Below, piece by piece: positions 9,586-16,920 of a stretch of DNA of 31,500 nt. The DNA is from a virus (Duplodnaviria; Caudoviricetes). Location of the stretch: positions 1 to 31,500 of IMG/VR virus record IMGVR_UViG_3300016263_000530. One strand, written 5' to 3'. The notes beneath the pieces were generated by a model, which saw only the letters and a program-made list of their open reading frames with translations, made no database searches and was not told the DNA's origin. A program made the translations under genes and the position numbers. The first letter of the stretch is position 1. Each line of letters begins with the position of its first letter.

Positions 9586-10577
9586 TGAGTTTTATTGATT
9601 CAAAATATGTTGGTATGATATCCACGCGACTGGATAGATTTTCTAAGAAGAAAGAGGGTCTTTATAATTTTCGTTGCCCATATTGCGGAGACTCGCAAAG
9701 GTCAAAGAATAAAACTAGGGGATACTTATATCAGAGGAAGTCGGATTTAAATTTTAAATGTCATAATTGTGGAGTCACCAGATCCTTCACATATTTTCTT
9801 AAAGACATAGATCAAAACATTTATAAAGAATACGTTTTAGAACGATATAAAGAGGGTTTGACTGGAAAGGGAACTACTGCTCCCAATCCAGTTTTTATGT
9901 CTAATAAACCAGTTTTTAAAAAGGTCAAGGAACTAGAATACTTCAAAGAACTAATAAAAATCTCAGATCTAAATAATACACATCCAGCAAGACAATACCT
10001 CAGCAACCGAAAGATACCAGAGAAGTATTTCTTTAATTTCTATTTTGTGGAGGATTACAATGTCTGGGCTAAAACAAATAACTCCAAGAAAGAGTCAAGA
10101 ATCATTATTCCATTACTCACTAAAGATGGTCAACTTTTTGGATATCAAGCAAGATCTTTGGATCCAGCTGCAAAACTTCGTTACATTACGACAATTTTGG
10201 ATCCAGACTATCCTAAAGTATTTGGACTTGATCGTGTAAAGGATGACGAGACGATATATGTTACAGAGGGTCCAATTGACTCATTGTTTATACGCAATGG
10301 AATCGCTATGTGTGGATCTGACGTATCAATTGACTCTTTTTCTTTTGACGATATTGTTTATGTTTTTGATAATGAACCACGAAATAGAGAGATTTGTGAT
10401 AGAATGTCAAAAGTTATTGATATGGGTTATAAAATTGTAATATGGCCTAGTTCAATCAAAGAGAAGGATATAAATGATATGATCCTTTCCAATAATTCTC
10501 CACAAGGAATTATTGATAAAAACACCTTTCAAGGAATACAAGCAAAAATTAAGTTTACCGAATGGAAGAAGGTATGA
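9585..10577 (+). CDS. gp61: DNA primase (T4 gp61)
   Basis: Zn finger CPYCGD...CHNC and TOPRIM motifs VTEGPIDSLF, VFDNEPRN and KDINDM. Confidence 0.95.
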   Translation: MSFIDSKYVGMISTRLDRFSKKKEGLYNFRCPYCGDSQRSKNKTRGYLYQRKSDLNFKCHNCGVTRSFTYFLKDIDQNIYKEYVLERYKEGLTGKGTTAPNPVFMSNKPVFKKVKELEYFKELIKISDLNNTHPARQYLSNRKIPEKYFFNFYFVEDYNVWAKTNNSKKESRIIIPLLTKDGQLFGYQARSLDPAAKLRYITTILDPDYPKVFGLDRVKDDETIYVTEGPIDSLFIRNGIAMCGSDVSIDSFSFDDIVYVFDNEPRNREICDRMSKVIDMGYKIVIWPSSIKEKDINDMILSNNSPQGIIDKNTFQGIQAKIKFTEWKKV

Positions 10578-12886
10578 GTAACGGCATCAAAGTCAAAAAA
10601 AGAAACGGAACTATTGAATCACTAAACCTAGAAAAAATGCATATCATGGTTGATATGGCATGTGATGGTTTATCTGGTGTTTCTGCATCTCAAGTGGAAA
10701 TGCAATCTGGAATTCAGTTTTATGACGGGATCACCACAGCAGAAATTCAAGAGATTTTGATTCGATCTGCTTCAGATTTGATTACTCTAGACAACCCAAA
10801 TTATCAGTATGTAGCTTCAAGATTACTTTTGTTTTCAATTAGAAAACAGATCTATGGAAAGATGATGGAACTTCCTAAACTTTCCCAACATATTTTTTCT
10901 TGTATAGATAGATCAATTTACGATTCTCAAATTATTAAAAAGTATAATTATTCTGAGATGGAAGATCTCAATAGTTATATTGATCATAGTCGTGATTTTC
11001 TGTTTACTTATGCTGGTCTTCGTCAAGTAGTTGATAAGTATTTGGTTCAAGATAGAAGTGCTGGAAGAGTTTTTGAGACTCCCCAGTTTATGTACATGCT
11101 TATTGCAATGACTATCTTTGCAGAGTATCCAAAAGAAACTAGAATTTCATATGTAAAAAGATATTATGACGCAATCTCAAAGCACAAAATCAACATTCCT
11201 ACCCCCATTATGGCAGGCGTTAGGACACCACTTAGACAATTTGCAAGCTGTGTTCTTGTTGATTCTGATGACACCCTCGACAGCATCTTTAGCAGTGACA
11301 TGGCTATTGGTCGTTATGTTTCTCAGAGGGCAGGAATCGGTATTAACGCAGGTCGAATCCGTGGTCTCAACAGTAAAATTAGAGGCGGAGAGGTTGCCCA
11401 TACTGGCGTTGTACCGTTCCTCAAAAAATTTGAGGCAACTGTCCGATGCTGCACTCAAAATGGCATCCGAGGTGGATCTGCTACGGTCCACTTTCCAATC
11501 TGGCATCAGGAAATAGAAGATATTCTTGTTCTTAAAAATAATAAGGGGACGGAGGATAATCGTGTCCGTAAGTTGGATTATAGTATCCAAATTAGTAAAC
11601 TCTTTTATGAAAGATTTATTCAAAATGGAGACATTACACTATTCTCTCCTCATGATGTTCCTGGTCTTTACGAAGCATTTGGAACCGATGCATTTGATGA
11701 GTTGTATGTAAAATATGAAAATGATTCACATACACCTTCCAAGAGTATTGGAGCTCAAGAACTTATCTTGAGTCTCTTAAAAGAACGTGCCGAGACTGGT
11801 CGTATCTATGTTATGAATATTGACCACTGTAATTCGCATTCATCCTTTAAAGATAAGGTGTATATGTCCAATCTCTGTCAAGAGATTACTCTTCCAACTA
11901 AACCACTTCAACATATTGATGATCCAGAAGGCGAGATTGCTTTGTGTATTCTCTCTGCTGTAAATGTTGGTAAACTTAAAAATCTGGATGATCTTGAGGA
12001 ACTTTGTGATCTTTCTGTCCGATCATTGGATGAACTTATTGACTATCAAAGTTACCCAATTAAAGCAGCTGAAGTTTCCACCAAGTCTAGAAGGTCTCTA
12101 GGTATTGGATACATTGGTCTTGCACACTATCTTGCTCGTCATGGGGAACACTATAATGATCCTCTTGCTTGGAAGTTAGTTCATGATTTAACAGAAGCAT
12201 TCCAGTATTATCTTCTCAAGTCATCAAATCAACTTGCTAAAGAAAAAGGTAAGTGTGATTATTTTGACCGCACTAAGTATGCCGATGGTATTCTTCCGAT
12301 CGATACTTATAAGAAAGACATAGATGAAATTGTACCTAATAACTTAAACTATGATTGGGAAACTCTACGTTCCGATATTCAATCATCTGGTCTACGACAT
12401 TCAACATTGTCCGCACAAATGCCATCGGAGAGCAGTTCCGTTGTGTCAAATGAAACAAACGGAATTGAACCACCTAGAGGATATCTGTCTGTTAAGAAGT
12501 CGAAGAAGGGTCCACTCAAACAAATTGTGCCTTCATATCAATCACTTAAGAACAATTACACGCTTCTTTGGGATATGCCTAATAACGATGGTTATATTAA
12601 TGTTGTTGCGGTAATGCAGAAGTTCTTTGACCAGGCAATTTCTGGAAACTGGTCTTATAATCCAGAACATTATCCAGACAATGAAGTTCCTGTAAGTGCC
12701 ATGGCAAATGACCTTTTGAAGACTTATAAGTATGGATGGAAGACGAGTTACTATCAGAATACATATGATATTAAGACTGATGAATATGTAGATGATGACA
12801 AAAAGAAAGAAAGTGTTAAACTACTAATTCAAGACATTTTAAATTCAAACTCGGAGGAAGAGATCTGTGACAGCTGTACAATTTAA
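10574..12886 (+). CDS. nrdA: Class Ia ribonucleotide reductase alpha subunit
   Basis: N-terminal ATP cone (VKKRNG), QFASC, SNLCQEI, NGIEP and C-terminal CDSC; uninterrupted. Confidence 0.97.
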   Translation: MSNGIKVKKRNGTIESLNLEKMHIMVDMACDGLSGVSASQVEMQSGIQFYDGITTAEIQEILIRSASDLITLDNPNYQYVASRLLLFSIRKQIYGKMMELPKLSQHIFSCIDRSIYDSQIIKKYNYSEMEDLNSYIDHSRDFLFTYAGLRQVVDKYLVQDRSAGRVFETPQFMYMLIAMTIFAEYPKETRISYVKRYYDAISKHKINIPTPIMAGVRTPLRQFASCVLVDSDDTLDSIFSSDMAIGRYVSQRAGIGINAGRIRGLNSKIRGGEVAHTGVVPFLKKFEATVRCCTQNGIRGGSATVHFPIWHQEIEDILVLKNNKGTEDNRVRKLDYSIQISKLFYERFIQNGDITLFSPHDVPGLYEAFGTDAFDELYVKYENDSHTPSKSIGAQELILSLLKERAETGRIYVMNIDHCNSHSSFKDKVYMSNLCQEITLPTKPLQHIDDPEGEIALCILSAVNVGKLKNLDDLEELCDLSVRSLDELIDYQSYPIKAAEVSTKSRRSLGIGYIGLAHYLARHGEHYNDPLAWKLVHDLTEAFQYYLLKSSNQLAKEKGKCDYFDRTKYADGILPIDTYKKDIDEIVPNNLNYDWETLRSDIQSSGLRHSTLSAQMPSESSSVVSNETNGIEPPRGYLSVKKSKKGPLKQIVPSYQSLKNNYTLLWDMPNNDGYINVVAVMQKFFDQAISGNWSYNPEHYPDNEVPVSAMANDLLKTYKYGWKTSYYQNTYDIKTDEYVDDDKKKESVKLLIQDILNSNSEEEICDSCTI

Positions 12887-14039
12887 ATTAAACGAAAAAA
12901 TCGAAGGAATGACAGTTTTCAATTCTGAAAAAGTTGATACCAAAAAACAACCAATGTTTTTTGGTAAACCTTTAGGTATTCAACGATATGATTCGTATAA
13001 GTATCCAGTTTTTGACAAATTGACAACTCAACAACTCGGATACTTTTGGAGACCAGAAGAAGTTTCCCTTCAGAAAGATCGTGCTGACTATCAGACTCTT
13101 AGGCCAGAACAAAAACATATTTTTACTTCCAATCTAAAGTATCAGATTATGCTTGACTCTGTTCAGGGTCGTGGTCCTGGCATGGCATTCATTCCATACT
13201 GTTCCTTGCCTGAACTGGAGGCTTGCATGGAAGTGTGGAGTTTCATGGAAATGATTCATTCACGTTCATACACTTATATAATTAAGAATGTTTATTCAAA
13301 TCCATCTGAAGTATTTGATACGATTCTTGATGATGAAAGAATTCTGCAAAGAGCCAGTAGTGTAACTCAATCATATAATGACTTTATTAACTCAGCTCAC
13401 CTTTATGATTCTTCTAATTCTTGGAAATTTGCTAATGAGGACGTTGAGTTGGGTAAACAAGATCGATATGAACTTAAGCGCAAACTATATCGCGCTGTTA
13501 TGAATGTCAACATTTTAGAGGGGATTAGATTTTATGTTTCGTTCGCATGTTCGTTCGCTTTTGGAGAGCTTAAACTCATGGAGGGATCCGCTAAAATCAT
13601 CTCTCTCATCGCAAGAGACGAAAATCAACATCTTGTTCTTACACAAAATATTCTCAATAAATGGAAAGAGGGAGACGACGAAGAAATGATGAAGATCTCT
13701 CAAGAAGAAGAGGGTAATTCATATGAAATGTTTAAGAGAGCTGTAGATGAAGAAAAATCGTGGGCTGAATACCTATTTAAGGATGGGTCGATGATTGGTC
13801 TTAATGATAAATTATTGAATCAATATGTGGAGTGGATTGCTAATAGACGCATGAAGGCTATTGGTATGAAACCCATCTATGACGTTTCTTCGAAGAATAA
13901 CCCATTACCTTGGACTGAGCATTGGATCAGTTCTAAAGGAATGCAGGTTGCACCCCAGGAAACTGAGGTAGAATCTTATATTGTTGGTGGTATCAAACAA
14001 GATGTCACCAAAGACACTTTTGCAGGATTTAAACTGTAA
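12867..14039 (+). CDS. nrdB: Class Ia ribonucleotide reductase beta subunit
   Basis: FWRPEE, EMIHSRSY, EGIRFYVSF, RDENQH and QETEVESY; uninterrupted. Confidence 0.97.
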   Translation: MTAVQFKLNEKIEGMTVFNSEKVDTKKQPMFFGKPLGIQRYDSYKYPVFDKLTTQQLGYFWRPEEVSLQKDRADYQTLRPEQKHIFTSNLKYQIMLDSVQGRGPGMAFIPYCSLPELEACMEVWSFMEMIHSRSYTYIIKNVYSNPSEVFDTILDDERILQRASSVTQSYNDFINSAHLYDSSNSWKFANEDVELGKQDRYELKRKLYRAVMNVNILEGIRFYVSFACSFAFGELKLMEGSAKIISLIARDENQHLVLTQNILNKWKEGDDEEMMKISQEEEGNSYEMFKRAVDEEKSWAEYLFKDGSMIGLNDKLLNQYVEWIANRRMKAIGMKPIYDVSSKNNPLPWTEHWISSKGMQVAPQETEVESYIVGGIKQDVTKDTFAGFKL

Positions 14040-14042
14040 AAT

Positions 14043-14058
14043 TGTATAGCATTTTACA
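14043..14058 (+). promoter_or_regulatory. NtcA-binding site candidate (TGTA-N8-TACA)
   Basis: TGTA-TAGCATTT-TACA matches the cyanobacterial NtcA consensus; -10-like TATTAT (14066) and TATACT (14073) follow. Confidence 0.65.
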
Positions 14059-14081
14059 AAAATAATATTATATATACTGTA

Positions 14082-14167
14082 CGTTCATCCCAGTATGGGA
14101 CGGAAGTAAGCCGACTCGGAACGGATCGTTCATCCTGAATAGGACGCAAAAGCCGACCGAAGGAACG
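14082..14167 (+). ncRNA. Tandem glnA-motif (glutamine-I) riboswitch
   Basis: Two units closed by CGTTC/GAACG (14082-14123 and 14127-14167), each with a short P2 (TCCCA/TGGGA; TCCT/AGGA) and GGAAGTAAG- or CGAAGGAACG-like junctions. Confidence 0.8.
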
Positions 14168-14202
14168 CGCCAATACCTTAAACAAGTAAAGGAGCAAACC
14201 TA

Positions 14203-14331
14203 ATGTCTCAAGTAGTATATCGCGGTGTTCCATATGACACCGAAGTTCGCCGTCAACAACAGGCGCAACAACAACCCCAACAGCACAACGAAACCTATCG
14301 TGGTGTTAAGTTTGTAAAGGAGGGGAAGTGA
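14203..14331 (+). CDS. DUF4278-like small protein, 42 aa (MSQVVYRGVPYD...TYRGVKFVKEGK), absent from the ORF track
   Basis: SD AAGGAG; two YRGV motifs; lies directly after the riboswitch. Confidence 0.8.
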   Translation: MSQVVYRGVPYDTEVRRQQQAQQQPQQHNETYRGVKFVKEGK

Positions 14332-14414
14332 TGAATTGGCTAAACGTAATCCGTAGAAAAATTAAAAAGGAACAACGCCTATATCAGGCTCAACTTGTCA
14401 TGGCTATGAAGTGA
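14331..14414 (+). CDS. 27-aa basic peptide (MNWLNVIRRKIKKEQRLYQAQLVMAMK), absent from the ORF track
   Basis: TGATG overlap with the previous ORF, strong SD AAGGAGG, and a terminator immediately after. Confidence 0.65.
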   Translation: MNWLNVIRRKIKKEQRLYQAQLVMAMK

Positions 14415-14419
14415 ATTTT

Positions 14420-14440
14420 AGGGAGGCTTGCCTCCCTTTT
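14420..14440 (+). terminator. Rho-independent terminator
   Basis: AGGGAGG-CTTG-CCTCCCT followed by T residues. Confidence 0.85.
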
Positions 14441-14479
14441 GTTTTATCAGTAGAATAACTCTGTCAGGGTTCATGAGAA

Positions 14480-14509
14480 ACTTATAGCTAAATATTTAAA
14501 GCTATAAGT
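14480..14509 (+). promoter_or_regulatory. 10-bp hairpin containing late-promoter-like CTAAATA (14488-14494)
   Basis: Perfect inverted repeat ACTTATAGCT/AGCTATAAGT ending 5 nt before ATG 14515. Confidence 0.65.
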
Positions 14510-14514
14510 AAACT

Positions 14515-14850
14515 ATGAAGACTCAAAGTGCAAAAGCTAAAGGAAGAAACCTACAAAAATGGGTAAGGGAACAGTTAATTGAACAGTTAGAAGTTCATCC
14601 TGAGGATATAGAAAGTAGATCTATGGGTGCTGGTGGTGAAGACCTTATCATGGCTAGATCTGCAAGAGAAAAGTTTCCATTCAGTATTGAGTGTAAGAAT
14701 GTAGAGAAACTCAATGTATGGGAAGCATATGAACAATCAAAGTCTAATTGTGGTAATTATGAACCAATAGTGGTTATGAAAAAGAACCATAAGAAACCAT
14801 TAGTTGTCGTAGATGCTGAGTTCTTTATTAGTTTGTTCAAGGGGGCTTGA
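14515..14850 (+). CDS. Hjc/Holliday-junction-resolvase-like PD-(D/E)xK nuclease
   Basis: KAKGR...GEDLI...SIECKN pattern in a 111-aa protein. Confidence 0.65.
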   Translation: MKTQSAKAKGRNLQKWVREQLIEQLEVHPEDIESRSMGAGGEDLIMARSAREKFPFSIECKNVEKLNVWEAYEQSKSNCGNYEPIVVMKKNHKKPLVVVDAEFFISLFKGA

Positions 14851-14876
14851 CATCATTAGTCATAACCTGGTATTAT
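14847..14876 (+). promoter_or_regulatory. Sigma70-type promoter
   Basis: TTGACA-N18-TATTAT with an extended TG. Confidence 0.55.
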
Positions 14877-14949
14877 TATTTTTTCCAAATCTGGAAAAGT
14901 CTAAATACTGAAACATCCAGTTTTTAGAATGAGTTTTTGAGATGTTACT

Positions 14950-15014
14950 AGAGCCCAGGAGATTCCCCTCTGAGAAGAGGGATGTGCGGTTTCTCTATTG
15001 GGATGTAGAGTTCT
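14950..15014 (+). ncRNA. Putative structured leader RNA of rlpA (family not recognised)
   Basis: Nested pairings AGAGC/GTTCT, CCCA/TGGG and GAGA/TCTC plus a CCCTCT-GAGA-AGAGGG GNRA hairpin, ending 10 nt before ATG 15025. Confidence 0.45.
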
Positions 15015-15024
15015 GTTTAACTTA

Positions 15025-15387
15025 ATGCTTTTTAAAACACTTTCAATTCTTGCTTTTGGTCTAGTCGGATTGGCACCCGTAACAGCAAAGGCAGCGAGCG
15101 GATGTTCCCTCGCATCACACTATGGAATCGGTGATGGATATCATGGGCAGACAACTGCCAACGGAGAAACATTCAATGCATATGGTAAATCAGTGGCACA
15201 TAAATGGCTTCCTTTTGGAACTAGGTTGCGTGTAACCAATCAATCAAATGGTAAGTCGGTAATTGTGCGTGTAAATGATCGCGGACCTTATATCGCGGGT
15301 AGAGACCTTGACTTGTCTTACGGTGCATTCTCTACTATTGCTTCACCCAGTCAAGGTGTTGCTAGGATTTGTTACTCGCGTGTATGA
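15025..15387 (+). CDS. rlpA: RlpA-family lytic transglycosylase (DPBB) with signal peptide
   Basis: ASHYG, TANGE, AHKWLPFGT, VRVNDRGP and DLSYGAF; hydrophobic N-terminus ending in AKA. Confidence 0.9.
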   Translation: MLFKTLSILAFGLVGLAPVTAKAASGCSLASHYGIGDGYHGQTTANGETFNAYGKSVAHKWLPFGTRLRVTNQSNGKSVIVRVNDRGPYIAGRDLDLSYGAFSTIASPSQGVARICYSRV

Positions 15388-15406
15388 TGATCTGAAAAAC
15401 TGAATA

Positions 15407-15442
15407 ATAAATAGAGGAGAGCGGTTGCTACTCCTCTTTTTT
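15407..15442 (+). terminator. Terminator hairpin overlapped by late-promoter-like ATAAATA (15407-15413)
   Basis: AGAGGAG...CTCCTCT followed by a T-run. Confidence 0.65.
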
Positions 15443-15871
15443 ATGTTCAATTTTAACTTCGGAAAGAAGAAACCAGATAAGAAGCAGATAATCTTTATAA
15501 GCATCGTACTCAGTGGTATCGTAGCAACCCTCTCCCAGTGTTCAGGAGTCCCCTCAGAGCGTCTCTGGGACCTTCTAGACGAGGTTCAGAGGACTCTTTT
15601 CCCTCAGACCATAATCAACGATATCCTGCTGCAGGATCCTGGTGTGGTCGATAGAAGAGTTAAAAGAGATGTCGATAATGCCATTCGTGAATATGAACGC
15701 TTGACAGGTGACGATGGTGTTGTTAGAATACCACCACCGAAGTACATTGAAAATCCAATCAACACAGATTTGTGTTACACTAAAGAGTGTCAATCTCTTG
15801 GTGGAGAAATGAGACTATGTTCTCCCTGGAACCCTGATTGCCCAGGGGGGTTGCCAAGGTCCGAGAACTGA
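15443..15871 (+). CDS. Hypothetical membrane-anchored protein with Cys-rich C-terminus
   Basis: ATG 15443; basic N-region, then hydrophobic IIFISIVLSGIVATL; four C-terminal Cys. Confidence 0.65.
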   Translation: MFNFNFGKKKPDKKQIIFISIVLSGIVATLSQCSGVPSERLWDLLDEVQRTLFPQTIINDILLQDPGVVDRRVKRDVDNAIREYERLTGDDGVVRIPPPKYIENPINTDLCYTKECQSLGGEMRLCSPWNPDCPGGLPRSEN

Positions 15872-15879
15872 GGTATTAT
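15851..15879 (+). promoter_or_regulatory. Sigma70-type promoter for the tRNA array
   Basis: TTGCCA-N17-TATTAT. Confidence 0.6.
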
Positions 15880-15926
15880 AGTCTAGTGTGAAGGAAGTGC
15901 GAGGGAGGAATAAATCCTCCCAACCA

Positions 15927-15999
15927 GCCCGTGTAGTCCAGCGGAAGAGACAGAGGACTTAAAATCCTTCCAGGGTCGGTTCGAATCCGACCACGGGTA
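15927..15999 (+). tRNA. tRNA-Leu(UAA) with a short variable loop
   Basis: Acceptor GCCCGTG/CACGGGT, anticodon arm GAGGA-CTTAAAA-TCCTT, T arm GTCGG-TTCGAAT-CCGAC. Confidence 0.85.
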
Positions 16000-16031
16000 T
16001 TATCTCTGTTAAATACAAGTAACAGAGATAA
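16000..16031 (+). promoter_or_regulatory. 12-bp hairpin containing late-promoter-like TAAATA (16010-16015)
   Basis: Perfect inverted repeat TTATCTCTGTTA/TAACAGAGATAA ending 4 nt before ATG 16036. Confidence 0.6.
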
Positions 16032-16035
16032 CAAT

Positions 16036-16305
16036 ATGAAGTATAGAATCACATCAAATTATCATTGGTTTGAAAATGGTGAGATGATAGTGAGAATGTA
16101 TTTCATTAATGGTGTTCCTTATACTTTTGAGGAACTTCTGTTTATTACACAAACAGATCCTTATGTTATGAGTATAGCTGACAAAAACAGAGACTATGAT
16201 ATGGAAGACCTTTACAACTCAACTGATTATTTAATTGCTGAAGAATGTCATCCATGTCTCTTTGAGTTAGAACTAGAAAATCCTGACGATCTTTTGTGTA
16301 ATTAA
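16036..16305 (+). CDS. Hypothetical acidic protein (89 aa)
   Basis: ORF fills the gap between tRNA-Leu and tRNA-Arg. Confidence 0.7.
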   Translation: MKYRITSNYHWFENGEMIVRMYFINGVPYTFEELLFITQTDPYVMSIADKNRDYDMEDLYNSTDYLIAEECHPCLFELELENPDDLLCN

Positions 16306-16311
16306 CTTTTT

Positions 16312-16385
16312 GTCTCAGTAGCTCAGTTGGAAAGAGCATCTGCCTTCTAAGCAGTTGGTCGGGGGTTCGAGTCCCTCCTGAGACG
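16312..16385 (+). tRNA. tRNA-Arg(UCU)
   Basis: GTCTCAG/CTGAGAC acceptor, CTTCTAA loop, TTCGAGT T-loop. Confidence 0.95.
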
Positions 16386-16541
16386 TTACCACTTGCGCTG
16401 GAAAGATAAACCAGAATGCCGTGGTAAGATAGAGGGTAAGCCTCTGTTATATCCTTATGAGGTATATCACGCTTACTCCATCAATAACACCCCTCAAGCC
16501 TATCTCGGGACGCCGAATGATGCTCAAACAGAGGGGTCACT

Positions 16542-16623
16542 GTCGATGTGGCGGAATTGGTAGACGCGCTGGGTTTAGGTTCCAGTGTCTTAAGACGTGG
16601 AGGTTCAAGTCCTCTCATCGACA
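16542..16623 (+). tRNA. tRNA-Leu(UAG)
   Basis: GTCGATG/CATCGAC acceptor, TTTAGGT loop, long variable arm, TTCAAGT T-loop. Confidence 0.95.
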
Positions 16624-16624
16624 C

Positions 16625-16657
16625 TTGACAATCAAACTAAAATAGTTTATGATTGTC
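16625..16657 (+). promoter_or_regulatory. Sigma70-type promoter embedded in an inverted repeat
   Basis: TTGACA-N17-TATGAT, spanned by GACAATC-AAACTA...TAGTTT-AT-GATTGTC. Confidence 0.7.
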
Positions 16658-16663
16658 TCATAA

Positions 16664-16734
16664 GCGAATGTGGTGTAGCGGTAACATCCCATCCTTCCAA
16701 GTTGGTGTCACGGGTTCGATCCCCGTCATTCGCT
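16664..16734 (+). tRNA. tRNA-Gly(UCC)
   Basis: GCGAATG/CATTCGC acceptor, CTTCCAA loop, U discriminator. Confidence 0.95.
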
Positions 16735-16774
16735 CTTGGTAGTCGCTATTCTCATTGAATAGAAAGACACCAAA

Positions 16775-16844
16775 GGAAGTTAAGTCAAAGAATCGAGACA
16801 AGCAGACAATGCCCTTTGAACTGGTGTAAGTCCAGTAACTTCCT
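16775..16844 (+). ncRNA. tRNA-like RNA with acceptor stem and T arm but no D or anticodon arm
   Basis: GGAAGTT/AACTTCC 7-bp stem stacked on ACTGG-TGTAAGT-CCAGT; inner TCAAAG/CTTTGA stem. Confidence 0.55.
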
Positions 16845-16848
16845 ATAT

Positions 16849-16920
16849 TCCACAATAGCTCAGCGGTAGAGTCGGTGACTGTTAATCACTTGGTCCCTGG
16901 TTCGAATCCAGGTTGTGGAG
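16849..16920 (+). tRNA. tRNA-Asn(GUU)
   Basis: TCCACAA/TTGTGGA acceptor, CTGTTAA loop. Confidence 0.95.

Noticed and set aside
11177-11623. 148-aa minus-strand ORF and overlapping plus-frame ORFs in nrdA
   Set aside because: Shadows of a conserved gene with no recognisable motifs.
10574-14039. Introns, inteins or homing endonucleases in nrdA/nrdB
   Set aside because: Both ORFs are continuous and of normal length with no insertion.
15903-15926. GGGAGGA/TCCTCCC hairpin followed by AACCA as a minihelix RNA
   Set aside because: Too short to distinguish from an ordinary leader hairpin of the tRNA transcript.
16457-16855. ORFs 16457-16645 (+) and 16658-16855 (-)
   Set aside because: They overlap tRNA-Leu, tRNA-Gly and structured RNA elements.
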